Counted from the stretch's first letter, positions 10,900 to 24,449 are shown. The stretch: DNA of 64,000 nucleotides from Octopus bimaculoides (GCF_001194135.2 NC_068983.1:56200598-56264597), one strand, 5' to 3'. A program made the numbers and translations. Notes: generated from the letters alone by a model not told the origin.

Positions 10900-11824
10900 N
10901 NNNNNNNNNNNNNNNNNNNNNNNNNNNNNNNNNNNNNNNNNNNNNNNNNNNNNNNNNNNNNNNNNNNNNNNNNNNNNNNNNNNNNNNNNNNNNNNNNNNN
11001 NNNNNNNNNNNNNNNNNNNNNNNNNNNNNNNNNNNNNNNNNNNNNNNNNNNNNNNNNNNNNNNNNNNNNNNNNNNNNNNNNNNNNNNNNNNNNNNNNNNN
11101 NNNNNNNNNNNNNNNNNNNNNNNNNNNNNNNNNNNNNNNNNNNNNNNNNNNNNNNNNNNNNNNNNNNNNNNNNNNNNNNNNNNNNNNNNNNNNNNNNNNN
11201 NNNNNNNNNNNNNNNNNNNNNNNNNNNNNNNNNNNNNNNNNNNNNNNNNNNNNNNNNNNNNNNNNNNNNNNNNNNNNNNNNNNNNNNNNNNNNNNNNNNN
11301 NNNNNNNNNNNNNNNNNNNNNNNNNNNNNNNNNNNNNNNNNNNNNNNNNNNNNNNNNNNNNNNNNNNNNNNNNNNNNNNNNNNNNNNNNNNNNNNNNNNN
11401 NNNNNNNNNNNNNNNNNNNNNNNNNNNNNNNNNNNNNNNNNNNNNNNNNNNNNNNNNNNNNNNNNNNNNNNNNNNNNNNNNNNNNNNNNNNNNNNNNNNN
11501 NNNNNNNNNNNNNNNNNNNNNNNNNNNNNNNNNNNNNNNNNNNNNNNNNNNNNNNNNNNNNNNNNNNNNNNNNNNNNNNNNNNNNNNNNNNNNNNNNNNN
11601 NNNNNNNNNNNNNNNNNNNNNNNNNNNNNNNNNNNNNNNNNNNNNNNNNNNNNNNNNNNNNNNNNNNNNNNNNNNNNNNNNNNNNNNNNNNNNNNNNNNN
11701 NNNNNNNNNNNNNNNNNNNNNNNNNNNNNNNNNNNNNNNNNNNNNNNNNNNNNNNNNNNNNNNNNNNNNNNNNNNNNNNNNNNNNNNNNNNNNNNNNNNN
11801 NNNNNNNNNNNNNNNNNNNNNNNN

Positions 11825-12050
11825 TGATCATTTTCAAGTACTGGGGGTGGTTTGTGTTCCCACCAGTTTTTATCATGGGGCAAGTCCAGGTTTTTGCATA
11901 TTACCCAGTGAATATATTGTGCAGCTCTATCATGCCTGTTGAGATACTCTGTAGGCGCAAGCAGACTGCACATGGAGACAACATGATCGATGGTCTCATT
12001 TTGTTGTTGGCATATACGACATAATGGGGAGCTGCCGTTCTTTAATATGT
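11825..12050 (-). mobile_element. R4/Dong-type LINE fragment (CCHC finger region)
   Basis: YQANILKNGSSPLCRICQQQNETIDHVVSMCSLLAPTEYLNRHDRAAQYIHWVICK. It starts right after a (TAA)n tract and runs into an N gap. Confidence 0.85.
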
Positions 12051-12057
12051 TGGCCTG

Positions 12058-12109
<52 letters not shown>

Positions 12110-12826
12110 ATAGTTGTTCAATATTTGGTAGATTGAAGCCAATTTCTTACTGCATCACCTGCTACACTTCCGTGTTGCTAGGGTATGTACAGTATTGTGT
12201 GTTCTTTTCTGCTGTTGGGAGAGTGCGAACTCTTTCCAGTACTGTATTGTGTTAATTTTTTTTCTCCTCCCGACGTATGGTGCAATCTTTTGTTGTGTTA
12301 TTGCTTATACTGTGGGTTGAGTGTATAATGCTTTGGGTTTTTTTTGGCTTACTGGTGGGAGTTTATTTCACTGGGTAAATGCTGTATAGTATGTGTCTTA
12401 TATTTGTGAGTTGTTTTGTTTACGTTGTATTATTAGATTGATAGTATCTTGCGTAGGATGTGGGCTGTTCCTAACAGGGCTATATTTTGGACAGTGTGTA
12501 GTGTCGAGGATTTAAGTATAGCCTCTACATTTTTACCCATACGATTTTTTATCATGCCCAATGCTCCAATCATTATTGATATTGTTTTTACCTTCATGCC
12601 CCACATTTTGAATACTTCAATTTCGAGGTCTTTGTACTTCGATAATTTCTCCTCTTCTTTTTTGATAATATTTTGATCAGGCGGGACTGCAATGTCTATC
12701 AATAAGCAGGTGTTTTTTCCCCCAACCTTTGACTTTTATGTCTGAGCAATTAGTTTTTATTTCTTTGTCACATTGGTCATGAAGGGATTTTTCTCTCCAT
12801 TTCTTCTTGAGTATCTTCTGTAATTC
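12110..12826 (-). mobile_element. R4/Dong-type LINE 3' fragment (REL endonuclease end and 3' UTR)
   Basis: LLIDIAVPPDQNIIKKEEEKLSKYKDLEIEVFKMWGMKVKTISIMIGALG..IALLGTAHILRKILSI*, with (TAA)n on both sides. Confidence 0.85.
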
Positions 12827-13270
<444 letters not shown>

Positions 13271-13299
13271 ACTTATTGATCAGACCTACTAAAAGCCTC

Positions 13300-13760
13300 G
13301 CGAACATGCTTAGGCGTCTCTAGTTGTATGACAGGTATCGTCCAGATTTCGCTAATGTAACAACGTGAACCCGGACGAACAACTTCAGATCCTTAAAGTC
13401 GTACCTAGAGTTCTCGTTTGGCTAGCCGATGAGCTTAGCATAAGATGTCTACAAATTACAGGGACCAGAAATTCATGGCCGGCACGGTCAACTGAGACGA
13501 AACTTATAGACAGGGACCCGGTTACTGGGAAGCTGAACACGTCTTTCTCGGCACGGGGAGACAGAAGAGATGGAAACAGCAAATAGATTAAACGTAGTTT
13601 GACAGATGGTGGGTCTCGCTAAACGGAAGTATTAGAGTATCAACTATCATCTTTATCGGAGACATAGCACTAGAAAACTGAAGAGCAGAGGAGCAAATCT
13701 ATCAGTTAGAACTCAAGCTAGTTGCAAAAATATTCTTGCACTACATCTTCGACGCAAAAT
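13300..13760 (+). mobile_element. Probable RTE-type LINE 5' remnant
   Basis: The degenerate ETEEMETANRLNVV*QMVGLAKR resembles an APE N-terminus. Confidence 0.4.
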
Positions 13761-13831
13761 GCGTAATAGAGCAGATGCACTGGAAAAACGAAGGTAGCAA
13801 AACCATCAAAGTTATCCGATACATGTTGTTC

Positions 13832-14205
13832 GCACTCCGTCGCTTACGACGTCGAGAGTTACAGCTGGTCCAATGAACGGAATAGCCTGCTTGTGAAATT
13901 AACGTGCAAGTGGCTGAGCACTCCACAGACACGTGTACCCATAACGTAGTTCTCGGGGAGATTCAGCGTGACACAGTGTGACAAGGCTGACCCTTTGAAT
14001 TACAGGCACAACAGAAACAGGAAGAAAGAGTGAGATAAAGTTGTGGTGGAAGATCACAGCAAGGTTCGCCACCATCCCCTGCCGGAGCCTCGTGGAGCTT
14101 TAGGTGTTTTCGCTCAATAAACACTCACAACGCCCGGTCTGGGAATCGAAACCGCGATCCTATGACCGTGAGTCCGTTGCCCTAACCACTGGGCCATTGC
14201 GCCTC
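13832..14205 (-). mobile_element. SINE family C, full length
   Basis: tRNA-like head GAGGCGCAATGGCCCAGTGGTTAGGG..GGTTTCGATTCCC (A and B boxes). Confidence 0.92.
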
Positions 14206-14833
14206 TTCTACATAAAAAACGAGTAAAGTTACAAGACACGGAGGATGTGTTCTCCGTCTCCGACGTCAAGTAGTTGTCTGCAATTATTCTGCGGCACTTT
14301 ACTAAACTGTTCGTGAGAAATGACTAATGGTGGCTTTATCTTCAACCTCGAATGCGGGAAAGTGCTGCGAGAAATGGAATACAGAAGCTAGGACATTTTC
14401 AAAGGTTTTAATCAAAATCAACTAAATTGCAGTATCAAGGGATCTTTCTTATTGACATTTTATAGTTATATCTTGTTTTTCTATTAATTTAGCTTACATT
14501 TTAGTCGATCTATGTTGCGACAGGTTCTGTATTTCGTCCTTTATTGTCTCCAGTATTGAAGTCGGTTAGTTTGTGATCTTCACCGCAAATGTGGGGCACA
14601 TTGTCACTGTTAAATTTCGATCTTGAGATTGATTTCTAACATTGATATAAAAGAGAAATGATAAGAAAAGTCAACAGTGGCATTATTCAAACTGACATTA
14701 AGAAATTACTGAAATGTTTACTGGTTAATAAATCATGTTCGTCGCCAAAACGTCATCTATTATTTACCTGTTGCAAAGTCAACCGTGAGCGATTGTAAAT
14801 ACGCAGATACGTATATACACTACGTACACACAC

Positions 14834-14888
<55 letters not shown>

Positions 14889-14943
14889 CACACACGTACA
14901 TGTACATACGTTTCTATGCAAGTGTGTTTGTGCGTGTGTATGC

Positions 14944-15025
<82 letters not shown>

Positions 15026-15344
15026 ATACGTCAACTAAACTTGACTCAAGGTGTGAATAACGCCTGCATTGCTAGAAATAGTAGCTAAAATGCTCCAATA
15101 CTGTTACAAAGCACAAAACGTATTCTGATGGAGGCTGCAATCGCCCTGAACCGAGAACTCCTTAGACTCACCGTCTAATTTCGGCAATTTCGTAGCCACC
15201 TTCAGTAAGGCTAGCTCGTTCGGTTGATTCCGGGCTACCTCGCCTATCAGAGTATATATGTTCACCATAAAAATTTATGGATGATTCAGCAGATCGCTAA
15301 TGTATATATAAAAACATTAATAAATGTTTTACTATAAAGAGAAT

Positions 15345-15497
15345 TATAGTCGTCAGCGAAACTTGACCAATGGTGTGAGTAACACCTACGTTGCTAGAAA
15401 TAGGAGCTAATATTTTCCAGTGCTGCTATAAAGCACATTTATTTCTAGCAATATAGGTGTTATTCATACCCTTAGTCAAGTTTAGTTGACGACTATA
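15345..15497. mobile_element. Hairpin MITE-like element, with an extra arm copy at 15030-15110
   Basis: ~55-bp inverted arms TATAGTCGTCA..AAACTTGAC..TTGCTAGAAAT and ATTTCTAGCAA..GTCAAGTTTAGTTGACGACTATA. Confidence 0.75.
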
Positions 15498-16569
15498 ATT
15501 CTTCTTATAAGTCACACTTATAAGAGCAAAGGCTTTCTGCACAGAAAGTCTGAAAAAAGCCCATCAAATCCCAGAGGTTGTTGTGTTAAGACAACAGGTA
15601 CAACTCGTGAATGGTTTAGCCTACATTACTCCTTAAGAAGCACAGGGCCGGTTCCCCGGATTCTTTGGCGTATACACACACACACACACACACACACANN
15701 NNNNNNNNNNNNNNNNNNNNNNNNNNNNNNNNNNNNNNNNNNNNNNNNNNNNNNNNNNNNNNNNNNNNNNNNNNNNNNNNNNNNNNNNNNNNNNNNNNNN
15801 NNNNNNNNNNNNNNNNNNNNNNNNNNNNNNNNNNNNNNNNNNNNNNNNNNNNNNNNNNNNNNNNNNNNNNNNNNNNNNNNNNNNNNNNNNNNNNNNNNNN
15901 NNNNNNNNNNNNNNNNNNNNNNNNNNNNNNNNNNNNNNNNNNNNNNNTATATATATATATATATTCCTCCCTTGACGTGCGCGAAATGTTTTGGGCCACG
16001 AGAGTTCCGGACGCCAGTGATGTACTCATTTGCATACAGCTAGTCAGAGCTCACCTTGACCTTGTTGCCAAGTTAACAAACACACTCTACCAAGTAAACT
16101 CAAGACGAGGAACAGTGTTGCAAGTCGACCAATCGCCAAGCTATGCCTGATTTTAAAAGGAGACAAGTATTTAGATAGATTTGAATCAATACCTATTATC
16201 GGATTTTGTTAAGGCCCCATATGGTAAAGATGTGAATAGGGAAATTGTGGGTAGAGGGTGATGTGCTAGCAACCCTCTCCTCTTACTACATTACAAAGTA
16301 AACAACAACACAAATAATTATGCAGAGGCAGCCATCGTTGAAACAAGAACAAGAACAACAAGCATTAAAAGAGAAAAGAAGCATGGTCATTTCTTACACA
16401 AGTGGCCTTGTCTTATCGCCCATCACTTGTTATGCGCTCATAAATTAGTTTGAGAGTTTAGCTCTGATTAGCTGTATGCAAATGAGTTCATAACTGGGGT
16501 CCGGAACTCATGTGGGAAAAACATTTCGCGAACGGGACAGCGGTCTGTCGCAGGATTACTCATTTTGAT

Positions 16570-16765
16570 ATAAGGCCAACAATTTTAGGGGAAGAGGTAA
16601 GTCAATTACATCGATCTCACTGGTTTTTTTAATTTTATCGACCCTAAAAGATGAAATGCGAAGTCGGTCACAGCAGAATTTGAACTCAGAATGTGATGAG
16701 ACGGAAGGAATGTCACTAAGTATTTTATCCGATGCGCTAACGATTCAGCCAGGTTCTGCCACCAC
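16570..16765 (-). mobile_element. SINE family A
   Basis: Family A core and head. Confidence 0.8.
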
Positions 16766-17482
16766 GCAGTCTAATTATTCGTAGTAATACCGAAATCTCT
16801 ATATTTAAGGAAAATAATGCACTTTGTGTAGCAGTTACAGTAAATTTCTGGTGCTTTGCCTGATAACAGATCTCGTAGCTGCTAGAAACTAAGAAGAATG
16901 GTAAGTTTATTCCAATCAATGATAGGAGATGATTGAAAAGATTGTGCTGAACAACACAAGTCAGCAGTCAATGAATTTAACACTTGAGGGAGTAGTGGAC
17001 AATTGATCATTCGGTTCAAAAAGCTGCAGGACATATCAATGGAAGTAAGAGATGATGTGTGAAATGTTTCACAATCATTAAGATATGAGTATTGCTATAG
17101 CTTTGTACCAATTTCAAGTGGTAAAGAAGGGAAGAAACAATTCTATATATATTATCTTCCTAAACGTGGTTTTCTCGTCCGTCTCTTCCCAACAATTCAC
17201 TTTCACAGATTTATCTTTATCGAAAATCCTGTTTCGTTATCGTCCATTTTATCGTTTTGATGTGTTTTAGTTTTCCCTTTTGTCAGTTGTTAATTTTATT
17301 GTGAATTGTGAGACACACCGAGTTGAATGTGAAGGTACACTTCTCTCTTTCTCTCTCTTTCCCTTTCTCTCCATCTCTCTTTCCCCCGTCTCCTTCTACA
17401 CACTCACATGGGAGGAAGAAGAATATATCACACGCACACATACACACAAGTAGACACACGTACATATATTCTTATATACTTT

Positions 17483-17640
17483 GATTCTTTTACTTGTTTT
17501 TGTTATGCTGAAGCACGGCCACGATTTTAATCGACCAAGTCGACCCTCATTTTATTTTGAGTCTCATTCTTATTCTGTCGATTTCTTTTTGCCAACCGTT
17601 AACTGGGTTATAAACAGACCTACACTATCAGGTGGGGAAC
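17483..17640 (-). mobile_element. SINE family B 3' half, diverged
   Basis: TTCTTTTACTTGTT..GCACGGCCAC..GTCGACCC..TTATTCTGTCG. Confidence 0.6.
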
Positions 17641-17641
17641 G

Positions 17642-17694
<53 letters not shown>

Positions 17695-17704
17695 TTTACA
17701 TATA

Positions 17705-18093
17705 CGAAGGGGGTGCTGTAAATTTCCTGGCTTTAAGGGTGTTGTGTCGACGCTCCCAAGCGAAGAAGTAGGCTCGAACAAGACATATAAATAGAGGTAG
17801 TCTGACCGTGGTAGGAGTTGGACTGACGGTCGACTCACAGTTGAGTAGCTGCCGAGGAGGAGTCGAGCAAAGATCATGCGAAGGTGCGAGATAGCAGACA
17901 TAACAAAGGGTATCACGAAAAGCCTGGCTGGAGGTCCAAACTTCCGAGTTCTTTTACTGGGCTTAGAAAAACTGAAGGACCGCTGCAATAAGTGTGTGAA
18001 TCTGAGAAGAGAATATGCTGAATAAAGTCATAATTAACTGATCCTTGAATGTGTTTTTTTACCCAAAGCCAGGAACTTTTCGGCACTTACTCA
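17705..18093 (+). mobile_element. Mariner deletion derivative (both TIRs and transposase C-terminus)
   Basis: TIRs CGAAGGGGGTGCTGTAAATTTCCTGGCTTT and AAAGCCAGGAACTTTTCGGCACTTACTC. Encodes WLEVQTSEFFY/GLEKLKDRCNKCVNLRREYAE*. Confidence 0.8.
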
Positions 18094-19159
18094 CATACAT
18101 ATATGTAAAGATGCATGTATATACATATGTAAAATATGAAAATACACAAACACACTCAAACATGTATGTATGCATGTAGGCACGTATGTATGTATGTATG
18201 TTTGCATGTATGTATGTATGTATGTATGTATGTATGTATGTATGTATGTATGCATGCCTGCATAGCACTTAACTGTCGGTCCATAAGTCTCTAATGTATC
18301 TATACAGTTAGATAAATAAACAAACGTTATCTAATGACATCCATTAGCTTACAATTGTTCCTGCTATATGTATGCACGAATAGCCGACTGTTCATGCGAT
18401 ATCTTATAGTTTTACTCGGAAACTAAAAGATATCGCATGTTACAGAAAGCATTTGAATACATAAAATTGGGTACGAACAGANNNNNNNNNNNNNNNNNNN
18501 NNNNNNNNNNNNNNNNNNNNNNNNNNNNNNNNNNNNNNNNNNNNNNNNNNNNNNNNNNNNNNNNNNNNNNNNNNNNNNNNNNNNNNNNNNNNNNNNNNNN
18601 NNNNNNNNNNNNNNNNNNNNNNNNNNNNNNNNNNNNNNNNNNNNNNNNNNNNNNNNNNNNNNNNNNNNNNNNNNNNNNNNNNNNNNNNNNNNNNNNNNNN
18701 NNNNNNNNNNNNNNNNNNNNNNNNNNNNNNNNNNNNNNNNNNNNNNNNNNNNNNNNNNNNNNNNNNNNNNNNNNNNNNNNNNNNNNNNNNNNNNNNNNNN
18801 NNNNNNNNNNNNNNNNNNNNNNNNNNNNNNNNNNNNNNNNNNNNNNNNNNNNNNNNNNNNNNNNNNNNNNNNNNNNNNNNNNNNNNNNNNNNNNNNNNNN
18901 NNNNNNNNNNNNNNNNNNNNNNNNNNNNNNNNNNNNNNNNNNNNNNNNNNNNNNNNNNNNNNNNNNNNNNTTCTTGTTCACCTCTGCGGTGATTCATTTC
19001 GCCTGGCTTTGAAGTATACAGTGTTTCCCTGGACGAACTCCCGCAGCCGAAAAGTACTTTATTCAAAACCCAAACATTAAAGTAACAACTACGTGTGTAT
19101 ATAAACAAACTTACATTTGACTTTTGATTTTTTCAGAAGCCTCCAATGTGTATCGTAAG

Positions 19160-19322
19160 ATGCCGATAAGTGATATTTTCGAACGCAGTATGGCCGTTAA
19201 AACAGCAGAAAAATTGTCACGGCTGTCTGTTGACAGCTTTTCCGCCTTGTAAGGGTACTAATACCCAATTTTTCTGCTGTTTGAACGACAATACTGCGCT
19301 TCAAACATTAAATATTCGGCGT
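19160..19322. repeat. Imperfect inverted repeat (MITE-like)
   Basis: ~57-bp arms: ..CGCAGTATGGCCGTTAAAACAGCAGAAAAATTG and CAATTTTTCTGCTGTTTGAACGACAATACTGCG.. Confidence 0.8.
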
Positions 19323-19536
19323 TATCAACGTTCACGCACACGCGTGCGCACACACGCACACACAATATTTCGAAAGATCCATACTAATAAATTCTACAAA
19401 AACACTTGCTTTGCTTAATATATTGTTGCTGCTTCAGTGGCCTCATAGGTAGAGGTGTTTAGAAGTTGTACTATGGCACAGAGGTGGAGGTTTCAAATCT
19501 GTGCTAGGTATTATAGTGGGTCTTATTTAACATTTT

Positions 19537-19951
19537 ATAGGCGCAGGAGTGGCTGTGTGGTAAGTAGCTTGCTTACCAACCACATGGTTCCGGGTTCAGT
19601 CCCACTGCGTGGCACCTTGGGCAAGTGTCTTCTACTATAGCCTCGGACCGACCAAAGCCTTGTGAGTGGATTTGGTAGACGGAAACTGAAAGAAGCCCGT
19701 CGTATATATGTATATATATATATGTATGTGTGTATATGTTGTGTATCTGTGTGTGTCCCCCCAACATCGCTTGACAACCGATGCTGGTGTGTTTAGGTCT
19801 CCGTAACTTAGCGGTTCGGCAAAAAGAGACCGATAGAATAAGTACTAGGCTTACAAAGAATAAGTCCTGGGGTCGATTTGATTCGACTAAAGGTGGTGCT
19901 CCAGCATGGCCGCAGTCAAATGACTGAAACAAGTAAAAGAATAAAAGAATA
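19537..19951 (+). mobile_element. SINE family B, full length
   Basis: Head, internal microsatellite and AAGTAAAAGAATAAAAGAATA tail. Confidence 0.92.
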
Positions 19952-20142
19952 TATTTTTACCTAGAAAATACTTGTTACGACACCAACTTTTGGCATTGTC
20001 AATGAGCGTATGCTTCAAATACTTCGCATCTTCAACAGACTTAACTGCTGATACACTTCTGTAACGAGCTTGTGAACTAATCGCGTTGTAATATTGTGTT
20101 TATTCGTTTATTTCTGGTGCGTTTTGTTATTATTTTCTCCTC

Positions 20143-20285
20143 TAGGCGCAAGGCCCGAAATTTTGGAGGGAGTAGGGCTAGTTGATTAGATCGACCCCTG
20201 TACGCAACTAATACTTAATTTATCTACCCCGAAATGATGAAAGTCAAAGTCGACCTCGGCGGAATTTGAATTCAGAACGTAAGAG
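20143..20285 (-). mobile_element. SINE family A (unit-2 type tail), 5' truncated
   Basis: AGGCGCAAGGCCCGAAATTTTGG..GTCGACCTCGGCGGAATTTGAA. Confidence 0.85.
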
Positions 20286-21256
20286 TCAGTTTGTGTACGC
20301 GCATGTGTTTATGTTTGTTTGTTTGTTTTGTGTGTGCGTGTGTGTTTGACTTTAGTTTGGTTTATGCTTATTATATTCTCAATCTTGCATTACTGTGACG
20401 ATGGGTTAAGAGGTTAGTGACGTTGCACCACACATTCTTTATACTAATTGTCGTTGGAATCTTCTTGTATATATTTCTGTTATATTTCGTAAGTTTGGTG
20501 TTTTAAAGGTGTCTTGAAATAATATGTATTTCAACATTTTTTCATCTTTTTGTGACAAGTTGGCAAGAGTCTGTATACTTGCTTCCTTATATTATATTCT
20601 CGCCAGTAGGCTTCAATTCTTTCACGTAAACTGCTTGTCGTTTCTCAGAGATGTGTTATGATAGTATTCCAACATTGTCTCTTAATGCATCTCATACAAT
20701 ACACAATGATATTTCTAGTGTTGGAGTTTTAGTTTTATTCATTGCTTGATATAACAGTTGAAATAACCAAAAGTTCTCCGAGAGTTTTAACTCCAACATA
20801 TTTAATGCTAAGACAGTAAATAAATCAGCTGTAACTTGCGACCCCTATCAAGGGGTTCATATTTACGCTCAAGACATGTGTAAACAATCTTAATTAGAAA
20901 TTGGAAACCTTTGAAGGAGGTTAGATATAAAGTACAACTTTAAAAATAACAACACAAAATCGTGTTCATTACTTCAAATCTCAAGTCTCTTGGGCCTTGC
21001 GAAGGCTATGGGCACAAAATCTTCTTCCAGACCAAATCACTAAAAATATATATGTGTAAACTTTTGACTGTGTGACATATTATGCCGATATATGATGTGT
21101 TTGTTTTTATTGTTACAGTTAATATTGTTACACTTGGATGTGTCATGAAGAGACTGACTTGTGTCTACTCCAATCTGGATGTTTAATAAACGATAAACTA
21201 CAATAATTTTCCACAACTTGAAGCAAATGAAATATTTAATTCTTCGATATCGCACC

Positions 21257-21490
21257 TCTTTTACTTGTTTCAGTCTTCTAGCGTATCTCTTTGAAGAATT
21301 TTAGTCGAACAAATTAACCCCAGCCATTTTTAAAAACCTGGTGCATGTTCTATCGGTCTTTTTTGCCGAACCTTTAAGTTACGGAGACTTCAACACACGA
21401 AACACCATTTTCAAGCGGTGGGCGAAGGATCATACACAAACACAAATACATACAGAGATATCTACACACACACACATACACACACACGTG

Positions 21491-21548
<58 letters not shown>

Positions 21549-21725
21549 CATATATATATAGGTTGGTTTCATCCTGTTCTCATCAACCAAATCCACTCCC
21601 AAGGCTTTGGTTGCCCTGAGTCTATAGTAGAAGACTCTTGCTCTCAAGGAACCACGCAGTGGCACTGAACTCGGAGCCATGTGGTTGAGAAGCAAACTTT
21701 TTACCACACAGCCACGCCTTCGCCT
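21257..21725 (-). mobile_element. SINE family B
   Basis: Head at 21590-21725, internal (CA)(TC)(TA) tract and diverged tail. Confidence 0.85.
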
Positions 21726-22689
21726 ATAACTACATGGGAACTGTTTACAATCAAGTGGACTAAACCGTTGGAAAAATTGTCCCTTTCTCCTGGACATAAC
21801 AAAATTCCAGTTACAAGCAAAGAATCATTGGCTTTAGAAATGGTCAGCAGCTTCCTGCACATTCTGTCTTTGATAAATAGCAAAATCTAATTCAAGTTTC
21901 GTGATCTGATGCTTGGTTCCTCACGTTCACCAAGCCGCAGACACAGACAATCCCATTAGTTGCAAATATTTGTTTTCATCTAAAAATCCTAATCCGGTGA
22001 CAAACACGTTGTAATTTGGTCTTGCTTTTACTGTACTGTTTGTTCTGTTTGTGAAATGTAATTAAAAGCCAAACTGAAATGCCTGCTAGAAGTGATTAAG
22101 TTATTTAAGCAACAGTCAAGTCAGTGCAGCTGTGAATTACAACGACAAACAAAACTTGTCTTTATTTCACATTCACTAATATATTTGTGATGCTGTTATT
22201 ATTGGTATTTACTCGCACGTCAGCCCTGATCGAGCAAACCTATAACGAAAGGCATTACAGCTGTAGCTATCACGTTTTATTTTCAGGCATAGTGTATCAT
22301 GGAATACATTATTCAATGTATGTTCTAATTTGTAAATCTCTAAGATGACGAGGTTTTTCTATGAGTATCACTTCGCTGATGTTTCTTACAAGCTCAGGGA
22401 CTACGCAGTGGTTCCCTTGTTTGTTTGTCTTTAGTGTAACATAGTACAAGGTTAATGTTTCTTGCAGAAAAAAATGTAGCCCGTGGAATCTATCCCTCAT
22501 AATGCAGCAGATATTATTTTATTGGTTCTGAGGAAAGATGTAGTGCAAAGTTCGCAATAATAAGATTCAATCACCGAACAAAATAATAAAGTACGAATAC
22601 CCAGGTTGAGTAGATAATGGACCGCTGACCAAAAAGTGAGCCATTTGCTCTTCCTGGAACCAACTCTCAGTCACATAACACATCTTCTA

Positions 22690-23060
22690 GTTTTTACTTT
22701 TTTCAGTCATTAGACAGCGACCATGCTTGAAGAATAGAATTTTATTCGAATGAATCGATCGCAGTACTTATATCTTTAGCCCTGGTATTATTTTATCGTT
22801 CTCTTAAGCAAAATCGCTAAGTTATTGAAACGTAAACACAGCAACACCGGTTGTCAAATAGTAGTGGTGGGCAAACACAGACACTAAGGCACACACACGA
22901 CAAGCTTCTTTCAGCTTCCGTCTACCACGCCCACCCACAAAGCTTTGGTCGGCCCAAGGCTATAGTAGAAGACGCTTGCCCAAGATGGCACGCTGCGGGA
23001 CTGAACTCGGAACCATGTGATTGGGAAGCAAGCTTCCGACAACACAACCACGCCTTTGCC
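22690..23060 (-). mobile_element. SINE family B
   Basis: AAAGCTTTGGTCGGCCCAAGGCTATAGTAGAAGAC core. Confidence 0.85.
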
Positions 23061-23204
23061 TATACAAACAATATTAGTTAAATCAATAACACTGTGTAAC
23101 ACGAATTTTGTCCTTCGATAGCAACTGCTATTTCTTATTTGCTTATCCTTAGAAAGTATGAAAAATAGCTAATATGTCCTTCAAACTTTGTTTTTGTTAC
23201 ATTT

Positions 23205-23430
23205 ATTTTTATTTCTTTATTGCCCGCAAGGAGCTAAACATAGAGGGGACAAACAAGGACAGACAAAGGGATTAAGTCGATTACATCGACTCCAGTGCGT
23301 AACTGATATTTAATTTATCGACCCCGAAAGGATGAAAGGCAAAATCTACCTCGGCAGAATTTGAACTCAGAACGTAACGGCAGACGAAATACCACTAAGC
23401 ATTTCACCCGGCATCCTAATGATTTTACCG
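23205..23430 (-). mobile_element. SINE family A monomer (unit-1 tail)
   Basis: TTTCTTTATTGCCCGCAAGGAGCTAAACATAGAGGGGACAAAC tail plus core. Confidence 0.9.
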
Positions 23431-23961
23431 GCTCATGTTTATTAAGACCCCAAATAATCCATGTCTATGATGCTCCTCCACTACCCCTACTACTGATCAG
23501 AGACACACATATTGTCGAGCAGAATATTTGCTATAACTATATTCCCGCTTCAGCAACTCAGCGTTGAATCTGTCTGAAATGTAATGAAAAATATATTCTT
23601 ATATCCATTTACTTGCTTCAATCATTTGATTGCGGCCACGTTGGAGCACCGCCTTTAAATTTTATATACCTCCGACGGGAGGTAAGTGAGAGAGGCCAAA
23701 TCGGCGAAGCAGGAACGGACTTCAAATAAAGAATCAAGGGATCCTGTTAAACACAGACCATAGTAGCTAAAGCCTATGTAGTATAATAGTGTCAGTATGA
23801 GAAGTACACGTAAGCTTATGCTATCGTAATACAACAGTAATACAAAAACCTTGGGGTGTCTTTAGTAAATTAGAAGAGATACACCAAGGGAAAATGAAAG
23901 ATGCTAAATCGGTTTAGAAGGAACAGACTATATATATATATATTGATGTATAGAACTATGG

Positions 23962-24258
23962 TGGAGGCGCAATGGCCCAGTGGTTAGGGCAGTGGACTCG
24001 TGGTCGTAGGATCGCGGTTTCGATTCTCAGACCGGGCGTTGTGAGTGTTTATTGAGCGAAAACACCCAAAGTTCCACGTTGCTCCGGCAGGGGATGGTGG
24101 CCTTGTCACACTCTGTGTCACGCTGAATATCCCTGAGAACTACGTTAAGGGTACACGTGTCTGTGGAGTGCTCAGCCACTTGCACGTTAATCTCACGAGC
24201 AGGCTGTTCCGTTGATCGGATCAACTGGAACCCTCGTCGTCGTCACCGACATAGTGCC
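23962..24258 (+). mobile_element. SINE family C, internally deleted
   Basis: A and B boxes. AACTATG is repeated on both flanks. Confidence 0.9.
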
Positions 24259-24449
24259 AACAATAAAACTATGATTTTAAATAACATCCAGTAAGAGTTT
24301 CCGCCTACCAAAGTTACTCACAAGCCTTTGGTCGGCGTGGGATAATAGCATTAAAATATACTTTGTCCAAGTGCCACGCAGCAAAACTGGAACACCAGAA
24401 CTATATGCTTACTAAGCGAGCTTCTTATTCACGGAAAAATATCCAAACT

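Noticed and set aside
23660-23675. Strong donor GAG|GTAAGT
   Set aside because: There is no credible acceptor or reading frame upstream, which is a SINE B tail remnant.
23962-24035. tRNA gene-like sequences with A and B boxes (many copies)
   Set aside because: They continue into SINE bodies and have no complete cloverleaf, so they are SINE heads.
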